This document shows positions 36,241 to 49,699 of a stretch of DNA of 64,000 nt, piece after piece. Location of the stretch: assembly GCF_000002075.1 (NCBI RefSeq), contig NW_004797292.1, positions 1,594,861 to 1,658,860 on the forward strand, in the 5' to 3' direction. The translations under genes were made by a program, and so were the position numbers. The stretch is from Aplysia californica. Lineage: Eukaryota. Numbering within the stretch: the stretch's first letter is position 1; every line of letters begins with the position of its first letter. The notes beneath the pieces were generated by a model, which was not told the DNA's origin, searched no databases, and saw only the letters and a program-made list of their open reading frames with translations.

Positions 36241-39200
36241 CTTTTAAAAGGAATTGATCTCTTAAAAAACCACCTACAAGGATTTTATTAGTATTTATTA
36301 TGTAATTTTCTATAATACAGCTTACATGTGTTTACAAAAGTATTAATCTCCACTGGGTCGGGGGATATAAATAGATCCAGTGCTTCGTCTGCAGGAGGTG
36401 TAACCCCTTCAAAGACGAGGTGTCGCATACTGATCCCAACCCTCTGGGATCCGGATGCGACACCGACTTTGTTGTATCTTCCTCTTCTCCTTCCTTCTTT
36501 CTTTCTCCTTCTATCTTTTCTCCCGCCGCTGACCTCATGTGCAGCAAAAAGAGAGGTCACCCATCCAACAGAGTGGGCGCCTTGTTGACCGTGAGGTGCT
36601 ACCCGTGCGGAGGGAAACCGGGTACCTAGCGGTTGAGGTGAGGTCAGTCTACGGACTGTCCTTCGCCAACACACCTCTTTGACCCAGGTTTTCCTCTTAG
36701 ATGGGAGGGTGGCACGGCCTATGCCACTCAATCGGTTGGGAGTTGAAACCCCTTTAAGCCCTGGGTCAATCTTGACGGGAGGGTTTTATGCACTCCCGAG
36801 GAGAGTATAGCTCCGAGGCTGCCCTAGCACAGCACTGGTCATCCGAGCAATGTGTCCCCTTGTTGGACTCGATGGCGGGTAGGGAGCCCCGGAGTTGAAC
36901 CAATGAAAACACTCACATGGAATGTACTTCAAATAAAAACCCTTCCCCAACTCCCAACGTTGTAAAAAAAAAAGTGTCCTCTCGTGGAAGCGAGCAAACC
37001 TACCCCAAATGGAAAAAAGACCCTTTCGGCTGCCTCTGTCCTCCCCCTCTCAGGGAGCTTCCGCGGCAGCCGTAGTTGACCATACGCAGCACCGATGCGC
37101 ATAAAAAGATCACAGATCTAAACTTTTTTTAAACAGGAGATGCACTACGACAGGTTATGGGATACATTCATATGAATATCCAGAAACTGTCCTCTGGTGC
37201 ACTCATCATCAAGTGCGCATCGGATAAAGAACTGGCCGGACTTGAGAAGATCACGACCTTCGGTGGTATTCCTTGTGTTTCCGAGCGACACCAGAAGTTC
37301 AACCAGTCGAAGGGCGTGGTCCGCAGCCATCAGCTGAAGGGCTGCTCAAACCAGGAAATTGTGGATAACTGCGAGGGTGTGGTCGAAACACACTTCAAAC
37401 GAATACGATTATTCTAACTTTCGATTCCTGCCGCCCTCCAGCCACCGTTCGGGCATCGTACTTGGTCTTCGACGTTCGACCCTATGTGCCAAACACTCTG
37501 CGCTGCTTTCAGAGTCAGAAGTTTGGCCATAGTCAGTCGCGATGCCGACGTGCAGCTGTGTGTCCTCGTTGCGCAAGACTGGACATCCTGAAAAGGAATG
37601 CAAGGCTAGTCCTTGCTGCCCAAATTGCCAAGGCCAGCACACAGCCTTCAGCAAGGATTGCCCAACTTAGATCCAAGAATGCACAATCCAAGAGTACAAA
37701 GCGCGAAATGGCTGCTCCTTTCAAGAAGCCCACAAAGCTGTCTGCCGCCAGGTTTGACCCCGGTCCCTGGCCTGTCATATGCAAGCGCACTCCGTCCAGT
37801 CACGAGGTCGGTCAATGCTTCCACTGTCGACCCTCCAGAACCTGCGGTCAACAAGCGACTTGCTGCACCGAGATACAAAAAGGTTTTTTCTACCCTGGTG
37901 GTAAACCGCTATGGGGTTCTAAGGGAGGACGGGTGGACTCTTCCTCCACCCCCTCATCTCTCCCTCACCCCTCTTGTATTTCTTCTTCTTCTTCTTCTTC
38001 TTCTTCTTCTTCTTCTTCTTCTTCTTCTTCTTCCACCTCGCAGCCCATCTCTCTGATGGAGTGTGAGGTGATCCCTCGCCCCTCTCCCCAGCTCCCTTCC
38101 CATACCCCTCTTTCTGCTCCACCTCCCCCAACCCCTCCATTCCCCCCACTACCAAGGGAGAAGACATCTCCGACCCCCCTCCCCGGCCTGACTCTGGGGA
38201 TGGGTTGAGTCCATCACTCCCCCAAATCCCCCACTAGACCGCCGTCCAATCCAGGACAGCAACCTAGAAAACACTCTGTCTCCCCCCGCAAGGAGGAGTC
38301 AGAGTGTTACTTTGAAGCCGGGTCCGGTGTGCTCCAAAAACAAAAATAAAAAGATATAATGGCAGTCTTGCAATGGAATGCCGGCGGAATCCGACCTTCC
38401 ATTGCAGAATTGCAACACTTACAGACAACACTGTGCCCACTTGTGGCCTGTATACAAGAAACAGAATTAGCCCCGGCTTCAACCAAAGACTTTAGAGGAT
38501 TTACTGCGTGTCATCACATCAACACGGAGACCCAAATTGTTTTCGGTGGAACGACCATCTATTTTTTTTGGGGTCCCCATGCCCATTTATATGATATTGA
38601 CGCCATCTGATTAGTAGTAAAACGTGCGTATGAGAGTGCCCAATAATGTATAACGTACAAATTGTTATGACATATAACTCTTACATATAGATGTTTAAGA
38701 TAATTATAGATGTTTGTGAAAGATCTGAGAGCAATGATGACTTTAGAAATGACGTTGATGGTGGTGATAAGTGATGATGTGGGACGGTGCTTGTGTTTAT
38801 ATTTATTAAGAAGACATGCTTCTGTTATTTGGTTGTTGTTGTTGTTGTTGTTTAAAAAAAATAATGTTAGCGTTAGTCCTATCTTCCTCTGCTCTGATGA
38901 GTCACGAGGGATGTGGGCACCCGCTATCCCGTTCCCAAATGGAACCACCTTTAATGTCACATTGAAGTTCTGAAATGGTGGGCATAGTCTCTGCTAGGGT
39001 GACCTTGTTAGTATTGGCCTATTCTAGAGGGCCAAGACAAGAGAAGAGAGGACCTTAGTAGGTAGCTAGTACAGTGGTAGATATTATTTTTGGGATTTCG
39101 TAAGGGGTACCATAATTTCGTAACAAAGGTTCCATAAGTATCTATATCGTGGAGCTTGGTTCTTTTTTTAACAGAACCACCATCAACACTGATAACAACA

Positions 39201-42200
39201 CACTCCACAGACAGATCTTAGGACGACCCTCCAGGCTACTTTCGCCCGGGTCACCCTGCACAGACCAATCACGATCTGCTCAGTTTATATCCCACCAAAT
39301 TACCCCCTCAAAATAACCCAACTAAATAACTTAAAGGCCCAGCTCCCAAAACGCTTTATTTTGCTACGTGATTTTAATGCCCACAGCCCCCTTTGGGGAG
39401 GCAAACCTGCAGACCAGAAAGGAAAAATAATAGAAGATTTGTAGCCGAGGAAACGAGCTTGGTCCTGGACGGGAATTCTTTCCCCGTGTAGTGTCAAATC
39501 CGGCTGCAGCACACGTCTGCCTGTTCGGCAGAAGTGTACTGCAACCGTCTTTGATGGGGAGAACATGCTTCGCTGTTAGCGAAGATGGTGGGAAGTGTGG
39601 GACTGGGTCACTGTGGTAGATAGCCGGTCTAGGCCTAGTGAACTGTGCTTTAGCTCGAAAAGTTGTTAAAAAATCTGTTGTTGACCAGGCAGATTCTTCA
39701 AAGGGGAAAAGATTACCGGGAACGGTCAGTGGCTCGCCATAGACCAGTTCTGCAGATGAATATCCTAGGTCATCCTCAGGAGTGGTTCGTAGCCCAAGGA
39801 GTACCCGAGGGAGTTCTTCCACCCAGTTGTTACCAGTGAGTCTGGCCTTCCATGCCGTTTTAAGTGAGCGATGGAACCGTTCGATCATTCCATTTGCTTG
39901 GGGATGAAAAGCCGTTGTTCTATGTAAGCGGACTCCAAGGCGTTGAACTATATCAGTCCAAGTTGCAGAAGTGAATTGAGATCCTCAGTCCGATGATATA
40001 TCGGCAGGAACACCAAAACGGGAGATCCAGCCTCATATGAGAGCGTTAACGCATTCGTCTGTTGTTATGTTAGGCATAGGGATCGCCTCTGGCCATCGTG
40101 TGTTGCGGTCAATAATGGTCAAAAGATACCGTTGACCACAGGACTGAGGAAGGGGACCCACTATATCAATATTGATGCGTGAAAACCGCTTGTCGGGTAC
40201 TTTAAATGTCTCTGGGGGAGCACGGGGGTGTTTCTGGATTTCTGACGCCTAGCATGCGTGACACTGCTTCACCCAACCGCTGACCTAACGTCATAGGCCA
40301 TGCCACACACATTTTTCTAAGATGATCTTGGCAGTAGCCTTAACCACTGGGCGTGCTAGGTTGTGTACAGACTTAAACAACTGGCGTCGAACTCTGGAGG
40401 AACAGTGGGCCGAGCTCTGCCAGTTGAAATATCGCAGAGGACTTCGGGACCTTCGTTGCTCAACTTCGTTTTAACGACTTTTAGGCTTGTGAAAGCTGAA
40501 GTGTACACCTGCATATCAGCTATATTTGACTGCCGAGCTGCTGCCACGGCTGCAAAATCTATGCCCAGTGAGACTGCATCAGTGGTGATCCCAGCACGGG
40601 AGAGATAATCGGCAACAATGTTTGTCTTCCCAGATATGAGCCTGATGTCAGTGCTGAATTCTGAGATAGCAGATAGCTGCCTTTGCATCTGGGCTGACCA
40701 CAAGTCTGTAGTTTTTGAGATTGCAGAGAACCAACGGTTTGAGATCGGTGTAGATAATAAATTGCCTACCTTCCACCATGTACAGGAAATGGCGCATTAC
40801 AAGGTGGACACCTAAAAGCTCTCTATCAAAGGTGCTGTATTTCATTTCTGGCTTACGTAGTTGCCGGCTGAAAAAGGCGAGAGGCTCCCAACGATCATTC
40901 TTGTATTGCTCGAGGACTGCACCGACGGCCACATCAGATACATCACAAGTGAGAGCGATTGGGCAGTCTGCGCACGGATGAACCAGAATGGATGCGTTTG
41001 CCAAGGCTTGTTTACCCAAAAGGAATGCCTGGTTCATTTCATCGGTCCAACTTAGAGCTTGACGAGGTTTCTCTGTTTTCAGAGCGTGGTAAAGTGGGTT
41101 TAAAATCGCAGCGATGTTGGGAATGAAACGAAGGTAAAAATTCAGTACAGCCAGAAACTCCTGCAGGGCTTTGACTGTACTTGGCTTAGGAAACTCCTTT
41201 ACGGCATCAACCCTAGAGGGCATAGGTGTTGAACCTGGCGCAGAAACCCGATGTTTTAAAACATCTACTGATGCAACACCAAAAAGACACTTTTTCAGTT
41301 AATTCACCAAACCATGGTGTCACAACCGCTGAAAAACTGCGTTGAGGTCGTCTACGCGAGACTGGGCTGATGAACTAGCAGCCAGGATATCGTCCAGATA
41401 TACAAACGCACCATCTAGATTCTGAAGTGCTGTGCACATCATTCGCTGAAATGTTTGTACTGCGTTCTTTAAACTCAAGAGGAATCCTCAAGAATTCCCA
41501 CAAACCGAAGGGTGTGATCACTGCCGTTTTAGGTACGTCTTCCAGCGCCATGGGGATCTGATGATATCCTCGAACAAGATCAATTTTAGAGAAAGTGATC
41601 TTATCAGTTAGACGAGCAGAAAAGTCCTGAATATGGGGTATGGGGTAACGATCTGGGACGGTAGTATCGTTTAACTTGCGGTAATCTTCACATGGGCGGG
41701 AACCTCCGTCGTTTTTAGGCACAACATGCAGAGGTGATGCCCAGGGGCTGTTTGATTTCCGTATTATGGCCATTTTCTCCATCTCAAAGAACTCCTTCTT
41801 TGCAGACGCGAGTTTGTCTGATGTCAGGTCGATCTTTGGAGGGAATAAAACGTTGCACACCATGCTTGTTATCTGCTTTGGAGAAAGTAGGCTTTACGAG
41901 TTCGGGATACTCGTTGAGAATCTTGAGGAATCTATTGCTTGATGGTTCTATGAGGGCCAGATCTGGTCCAGTTGAAATGGAACTGGCGGAGAAAGAGATA
42001 TGAGAGAAGGTTTCTGCCTCAATTAGACTAATACATTTTGCTGCCGGAGGAAATCAGCCCCACGTAAGGTTCGCTTCACATTGGCTGATATCAAACGTGC
42101 TTTAAACGAAATGAAGAGGAATAACTTTGGATCCATAGTTCGCTATGGTTGTTCCGTTGGCTGCTTGCTAGGGTGGACTTGTCGCACCTGACGTTCTTTC

Positions 42201-42704
42201 AGCTCATGACGCTGGTGTCACAGAGACTTGGGCACCTGTGTCTATCAAGAAACGTTGTTTAGACTTAATGTCCGTCACAAACAGCTGCGTTGCTCTAGAA
42301 TCTGTTGTCGGTGTCGTAAGAGTTGTTGTTGAGCAAAATTGCGGACCAATAGTCGGATCTTATACTTCTACAGTTGGCCCGCTCTCCCGGCCTGTATAAG
42401 GAAAGACTTGAGTGTGTCGTACTTTTGACTTGAAGGAGGTGAGGAAATTATGGATAGGGATCTTGCTGCTGTAGCTGCATCAAGCGCCGCTACGACGTAG
42501 CAGTATTTTGTCTCGTCAGTTGTGATCCTACGAAAAGCAAATTGGGCCTCTGTTTATGCGAACCACGCGGAAGGACAAGAAGTCCAGGATGTCGGAAGTT
42601 TGAGTGCTACAGTTTCGATTGACATGATTTTGAGAAACGTATCGCCGTTACTAGATTCTAGGTTATGCTAAATTAAATCTAGATCTCTAGACACGCTTAC
42701 CTTA

Positions 42705-42723
42705 AATCACGTTGGGGTCACCA
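42705..42723 (-). promoter_or_regulatory. Primer-binding site of the Gypsy element, complementary to the tRNA-Trp 3' end
   Basis: Minus strand TGGTGACCCCAACGTGATT immediately after the LTR; eukaryotic tRNA-Trp ends ..AATCACGTCGGGGTCACCA (1 mismatch). Confidence 0.8.
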
Positions 42724-42724
42724 A

Positions 42725-42850
42725 TGTGGCATGAAGAGCTGACACATAAAAGTCGTAGCAGGACGAGACATAACTTTCATACTTTCCACCAGACCAGCTT
42801 GGACACTTTCACTGAACTGTTACTCATGAACTCAAGTGCTACGTACTACA
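42725..42850 (-). repeat. Candidate 5' LTR (~126 bp, TG..CA)
   Basis: tgtggc ... actaca adjacent to the PBS; no second LTR seen, so the outer boundary is unconfirmed. Confidence 0.6.
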
Positions 42851-43252
42851 CATAACAACAACACACGTCAACAATTTGGTCTTAATTGGGGGGTGGGGGT
42901 GGGGTGGGGGGGGGGGGTTACATCCCCAAAGTCAAAATTCGGCTCAAAATTATGGAATTAGAGAAGTAGGCATTTTTAGTTTTTCAGCCTCTCCTACAAC
43001 TATTTCATCACATAAGAACTCCCAAAAACCGTATTTTTCCCATACCGGGCATGTTTGTTACCGCCATTTCCTCATTAAGTCATTAAGTATTTTATTTTTC
43101 TTTGTAGGCCGTTTTCTCAAAACGCGACTTTTCTCTATACTTTTTTGAATAACTCCACCATTTTTCATCCAATCTTCGTGAAATTTCACAGAATGAAGAG
43201 AAGATATAATACTAAAAATGTGTTTGTTGAATTTTTGATATATGGAATATAT

Positions 43253-43547
43253 GTGATGCAGCGTGGTGGAATCAGGCTCTCGTCAAAATAATCAAAGTGA
43301 AGAAACTTGCATTTTTCCGTAGATTTGTGAATTTTAATCAATTTTTTTTTTTTTGGCTCAACACCTTTCATGCCCATTAAAGAACTCATTTCTGTGCGGA
43401 TTTTTCCGAAAAACGTTGATTAAAGGCATAAAATATTTTCATTTTCTGTTACCACGGACTCTTGAGCTAAGGAAATAACTAATCTTTGGCGGCCATTTTC
43501 TCACTAATTTCACCTCTGAAAACAAGTGACTCCACCTCCTTCTTTCG

Positions 43548-43550
<3 letters not shown>
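43253..43550. mobile_element. MITE family M1, partial inverted copy followed by (CT)n
   Basis: gtgatgcagcgtggtggaatcaggctctcgtcaaaa TIR; body matches the reverse complement of 34429-34863. Confidence 0.8.
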
Positions 43551-43622
<72 letters not shown>

Positions 43623-45011
43623 TCCCCCCCCCCCATCCAACCCCCCACACGCACAAAATACCTAAAGTGTACTGGTAGNNNNNNNNNNNNNNNNNNNNNN
43701 NNNNNNNNNNNNNNNNNNNNNNNNNNNNNNNNNNNNNNNNNNNNNNNNNNNNNNNNNNNNNNNNNNNNNNNNNNNNNNNNNNNNNNNNNNNNNNNNNNNN
43801 NNNNNNNNNNNNNNNNNNNNNNNNNNNNNNNNNNNNNNNNNNNNNNNNNNNNNNNNNNNNNNNNNNNNNNNNNNNNNNNNNNNNNNNNNNNNNNNNNNNN
43901 NNNNNNNNNNNNNNNNNNNNNNNNNNNNNNNNNNNNNNNNNNNNNNNNNNNNNNNNNNNNNNNNNNNNNNNNNNNNNNNGGACTGTCTGTCTGTGTGTTG
44001 TAGGGGTTAAGTTCTGATGCGGGGGGGGGGGGGAGAAGAGGAGGCTTCGATGGGAATGACAGCCGGTCAGTTCTACAAACCACCTGCTGCCCCTGCTCCT
44101 GACCTAGTCCCAGATTTTGAGTGGTCTGAGCTGGATGAACGTATGTACCATTTCCCAATTCTTCTAAAAAACAATAGCCTCCAAAACGACCCGATTCCAG
44201 AACGCTTCAACTTCGAAAGAGCACACTGGGACGGGTTCGCCAATCAATTTTTCCAGATTCTGAATCCGACTTTCGACCTTCACTAAAAAAAAAATCTACG
44301 AAAAGCTTTTAGAAATATGCCACAAACACATACCAAAAACAAAAAACAAAACCCCGGAAGAACAAGATCTGGTTCTCTCGGGCCTGTGATGATGCAGTAA
44401 AGAAAAAGAAGGCAGCATATCGAAAAGCCGTCGACAACACCACCACAGAAAACAAAATTATTTATTCAAAGGCTCGAGATGAGACGCATAGATGCCCCAG
44501 GGACAGCAAAAGACAATCATTCAAAAAATACATCTCCAAAATGAACCGCCAGACACCACTCAACCAAGTTTTCAAAATCGCAAAAAAAACATTTTTTAGG
44601 TAGATACACAAACACCATCCGGCACGTACAGAGGCGGGATGGAACCACAGCAGTCAAATTCACCCATAGACGCAGGCCCCATAAATCAAAAGTAAATAGA
44701 CGTTCTTAATCACCAATGAGCAAAATGTCTAACATTCAAAACTGTTTCATCTGCACATAGATACGCTGTTCACCCTTTTCGGGCCACTTCATAAGCAGTC
44801 ACATGCATTGATTATGTAAGCGATCTGTAGGCTAAGGGTGGGAGATTCTTCCCCAAATAGGTGAAGAGAGATTGGAATATGTGCACAACACTCAAAACTG
44901 CTTCATTATCACATAAATACCCTGTTTACCCCTTTCGGACCTGTCATAGGCAACCACAAGCACTGATTATATTAGATTGGTCGAGTCTACATTAAAAAGG
45001 TGAGGAAAACT

Positions 45012-47747
45012 TACTTACTTTTACTTTTTTCTTTCGTTTGTACCGGTGGGTGTCGCGGGGAGACACAGGCGTCTGTCTGCAGCAGGGCAGCAAGGCGAGT
45101 TGTCTGTAGGAGGGACATCCCGTGAGCTCTGAGGGTGTCTGCCACAGATTCACTCCATCGTCGCCTTGGCCTTCCTCTGGCTCTCCATCCAGAATATTTA
45201 AGGCATCCGTGTGAGGTGTCCGAACCACTTGACCTTTTGGTTTTCAATGTGTGGTAGGACTGGTGTTGCTCCTACGGTGTCACTCATGAATTCAGTTTTC
45301 ATTTTGTCTCACCCTTCTTAAGCATTTCGTCTCACATGGGACCAGTTTCCTCTCTATGGCTTTTGTTAGGGACCATGTGAGTGTTGGAAGGAAAAGGCGT
45401 TGATGATCTTCGCCTTGATGCTCCTGGGGATATTGGGATGTCTCAGGAGAGGGCCAAGTTGACAGCTTTCGGCGTTGGCTTTCTGGCATCTACTCTTTAT
45501 TTCTGCGTCTAATTTTCCATTTTCTGTGAAAATGCTGCCCAAGTATTCGAATTTGCTGCTTTGTTTTAGTTTGGATCCGTTGATGTTGATATCCACTTTG
45601 GTATCCTGCTAATTGTCATGACTTCGGTCTTGTTAATACTGATCTCCTTGTCATATTTCTCGCAGCTCGCTTTTAGTTTGTTCATATGCTCCTGTAGCTG
45701 GGTCTTGTTGTTCATCACTGCCAGGTCGTCTGCAAACATGAGTTCGTTGAGTGCCTCTTTGTCTAGATTGGCCTTCTTTGTAATCTGCTCCGTGTATATC
45801 ACGATGGGCAAAGGGGAGAGATTGCAGCCCTGTCTGACTCCGAATGCTACTGGAAGCCAGCTCGATGTTCCACTGGTAGTGCGGACTGCACTTCTGATGT
45901 TGACATAGATAGCCCTGATGTTGTATAGCAGTTGTCCCTTGATGTCGTACTGCTCCAGGATCTTCCATAGCTTGTTTCTATTCACTTGATCAAAGTCTTT
46001 TTCTTGATCCACAAATACGAGATGGAGATCTTGGTCGTATTGCAAAGCACTCTCACGCAGTTGTCGGAGTGCGAAGATTGCATCAGTGCTCCCTCTTCCT
46101 TTTCTAAAAAACCAGCATGGCCGTCACTGAGAAGATGTTCGGCTTTTGCGCGAGTGCGTCGCTCTGGGATCTTTGGATACATTTTCCCCGCATGGCTGAG
46201 AAGAGATATGCCTTTGTAGGTGTTGCAGTCTTTCTTGCTGCCCTTTTTCTTCCATATTGGTACCACTATCACCATTTGCCAGTCTGCTGGTACTGTTCTC
46301 TCTTTCCAGGCTTTCTGGAAGATGATTGTAAGCCAATGTATTCCGGTTTCACCGCATGCAAGGATGGCTTCGGTTGTGAGGCCATCGTCTCCAGCTGCCT
46401 TGTTCTTTGGACTAGTCTTCAGTGCTTCTCTCACTTCACTCTCCAGGATGGTGGGTTCTGAAAGCCCTGGGTAGTTGGCGGTGAAAGGGCACTGTGTTTT
46501 TTGTGTCTGTACTCTTGAAAATATTCTTCCCATCTCTTTGTTATTTCCTTCTTTTCGTGTAGAGCTTCTCCATTAGTATCGTTGATGACAGTGGTAGGTA
46601 CATAGGGTTCGTCTCTCACTCTCATTGTCTTCACCTTCTTGTAGAACTCTCTTGGTGAGGTTTTGCAGGTTTCACTTAGTTTTTCGCAATACAGGGTCCA
46701 TGACTTTTCTCTTGACGTTATAACGACTTTCTTGCTCTGTCTTTTTGCAAGTCTATATTTAATGTAGTCCTCTTCGGTTTTTTTGACTTGATCCATACAT
46801 TATACATTCTCTTTTTTTCCTGATAGCATCCTTAACTTCTTCGTTCCACCAGGCTGTTGCTTTTCTGTGTATCCCTCTTGTCTTCTTGGTACCACAGACT
46901 TCTTTCAAAGTGTCAAGGAGAGTTGTTTTGAAGGTGTCCCAAGCTACCTCTACGGTTAGTATTTTCTTTCTTTCTTGGTGGTCAACGTTGTGATGATTGG
47001 CCTGTTGTCTGTGTTCAGGCCTGCATTGGGGATGGCTCTTGAGTCTGTGATAGTGATCCGCATTCGAGATCTGTACCAGTATAGATCTGAGAGGCTATGT
47101 GCTGGATGAAGGTTCCAATACATGCTTGCCGTTATAATTGAATGGTGTTCTGTGGTCACTGTGTGGACCCAGGTGTTTTGTCCACGGTGCTCTTCTCTCT
47201 CCGACTCTTCCGTTGAAGTCTCCCATTACATAAAGGTCTTCCTCGTCTGGGATGCTGCTAATTAAGTCTGAGAGTTGTTCGAAGAAAGAATCCTTTTCTT
47301 CGTCTGAGTAGGAGTCGTTGCGCGGTGCATACACCTGAATGTAGTTGGTGGTCTTTTTGGATTCTCTAATGCTGATTTTGATGAGTCTTTCAGAAATGAA
47401 GTCTGTATTCAATATTTCCTTTGCTTTGTCAGGGCATATGATGAAACCCACACCGTGTTCAGCTCTTTGCTCTTTTCTTACCCCGCTCCAAATGAGGACA
47501 AAGTTGGAGTGGATGTCTTTTGTTTCTGTCCCTTTTTTCCTATGTCTGTAATGCCCATGATGGAGAACTTGTTCTGGTTCTTGAACGCCACTATCTCAGG
47601 TTCTTTGTTTTGTCAAGCTGCAAATGGTCTATGCGTAACGCCTCAGTGACATAAAGTCACACCATACTTCACCAAGACCCAGCTATCCCCTACATTGTCC
47701 TGTTTCCATCTCTCTCGGCGCGCGCGAGGGGTTGGACTTCGAGAGAC
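45012..47747 (-). mobile_element. Near-full-length but frameshifted RTE-clade LINE
   Basis: APE (IQVYAPRND, VMGDFNGRVG) and RT (KAAGDDGLTTE, IVVPIWKKKG, GVRQGCNLSP, MFADDL, FEYLGS). (AAGT)-type tail at ~45012-45030; probable TSD TGAGGA(A/G)AACT at 45001-45011 and 47748-47758. Confidence 0.92.
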
Positions 47748-48348
47748 TGAGGAGAACTAAGTCCTAATAATAATATCGTGACTGATGCGAATGATTGTTT
47801 CTTACCTCGATTTTTACTGTCCTATATTCAGATCTTGACCTCGGTTTTGACACCGGCTCCTGGCCGCGAAAGGCTAGACACAACCAAATTGAAATGTCAC
47901 TTATTAGTTGTAGTATTTTCATCTCTATTTTTTGCTTTTTGTTTGCGTATTCACATCCCTATGGTTACAATTAGTATTAGTGAGAATAAATATCAAATGA
48001 GATATTTTCCCGATTATTTTGGCATACATGATATATATTTTGGTAAACATGAATATGAATTCAGGATTTGTTTTCATTCATAACTCAGTGATGCCGCCTC
48101 AAGTGAGAAGTTTTGTTTATTATGTTCCTACTGTGGGAAATCTATTCTTGTGTGACATCGTTATCTGGTTCCTTTTCTCACTTTGATTACCCTGTCAAAC
48201 AAGTCAGGCGTTGCCCCTGTTTGTGAGTTCACGAAATAACGATAACGTAAAAAATCATAAATAAAGAGTACCAAAAAAACGATAGTCAGGAATAAGCCAG
48301 TCTCTTTTTATTTCATGCAAGAGAAAGGTGACATGACAAAGTCAGACA

Positions 48349-48363
48349 ACACACACACACATT

Positions 48364-48430
<67 letters not shown>
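48349..48430. repeat. (CA)n microsatellite
   Basis: Direct reading. Confidence 0.95.
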
Positions 48431-49699
48431 ATGACAATTTTGTCTGGAGGGATGACATGCCAGCCAATATTCTCTGGATGACCTTACAGTCGGATATAGA
48501 GAAATTCACGTTATTCAGCTTTATCCCACCATAAAGCGCTACCTCACAATTACAAAGTTATATTTGCGCAATATATAATTTGATAGAAATTTGACGTATG
48601 TTGAGTTTTACAATATTATTGTGTCAAGCTTTTTCGAATGCAATTCTTTGAACATCTTGATAACGACTGCTAACGTTCTTACTATTTTCATAGAGCAGAG
48701 AGAGCATATTTTGCTATTTGACCTCATGGTGTTAGTAAATCAAAACGCCATAAAAGTCAGATAGAACTTTGTAATTGTGAGGTAACGAAGACCATTTCAC
48801 ACCTCTCCACGCCGACACTCATACCCACACCAACCCCAAGTCAACTGCCCCAGCACCCTCACACACAGCCCAAGTTATCTCAAATAAGCAGAGTCGAACA
48901 GACCCACTTCCAGAATGATCTATTTTGTGTCCAATAGAAAAATAAGATTTTTTTGCAATACGTAAATTAATAATCCTTTTTCGTGTTCAGCCAACTGTCA
49001 ACTATCGGGATTTTTTCCAACTAGCGTCCTCTCTCTTCAACCAGATCCACAGGCTTGCTTTTTCAACAGTCTCCTGAATCGAGGAATCGAGGAGTTGGCG
49101 GCAAACCTCCAGATGGCAAAACCTCTTATGACCAGTTAGAAGATTCCTGTAAGGATTGGCATTGTCCAATTTGAACTTATCTATTGCTGACAGCTCATTA
49201 GATTGGAACGTGACTTTTTAAAGACTGGCTTTTATGTTTCCGCTAAACGTGCACGCTAAAGCGGTTTCGTTATAGTTTTGTTTTGTTCTTCTTTCTTTTC
49301 TATTTGAAACAGTGAGAAGAAACCTTCTTTCTCAGCTTAATTCATTCTTTTAAAAAAAATAGATTTGTTTATTTTCTTTCCCTTTTCCCCCTCTCATCTG
49401 CATTCCATTACTCCGTCGTATTATGTTTCTTAATACTCTGTCTAAATCCAAACTAAAGCCTTTGTCGACAGAAGGAAGAAACTCTATTCACTTTCTTTTA
49501 CTCTTCCAAGTTTCTTTCATTTTTCGTTTGTTTTCTTCTCTCATGTTCCCAATCATTTCTCTTTTTCTGTCACGTCTATTTCCTATTGCTTGGTTTGTTT
49601 TGTCATGCCTTTGGCTCGTGAAAGGTTTTTAAAAATAGTGTTCGAATACACAATCTTTCTATTCGACTGTGATACCTTGACGACTTGAGGTAGAGCACT

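Larger units (their letters stand above)
39575..42850 (-). mobile_element. Decayed Ty3/Gypsy LTR retrotransposon, 3'-truncated
   Basis: gag start at 42625 (MSIETVALKLPTSW..AWFA); protease FLIDTGAQVSV ~42220-42250; [36 protein letters not shown]; RNase H LTCDVSDVAVGAVL..YSTFDRELL; integrase AFHPQANGMIERFHRSLK. Domain order PR-RT-RH-IN. Confidence 0.93.
36400..44660 (+). mobile_element. Disrupted I/Nimb-clade LINE: ORF1 zinc-knuckle gag (~37150-37800) and ORF2 endonuclease split by nested insertions (38359-38560, 39190-39445, 44090-44660)
   Basis: RPYVPNTLRCFQSQKFGHSQSRC..CPRC..GHPEKEC..CPNCQGQH; MAVLQWNAGG..VACIQET; ITICSVYIPP..ILLRDFNAHSPLWGG; HFPILL..RFNFERAHWDGF; WFSRACDDAVKKKKAAYRK. The 5' boundary is approximate. 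Confidence 0.85.

Noticed and set aside
37462-38208. 248-aa Ser/Pro-rich ORF as a host gene
   Set aside because: Frameshifted LINE ORF1 tail plus a (CTT)n microsatellite.
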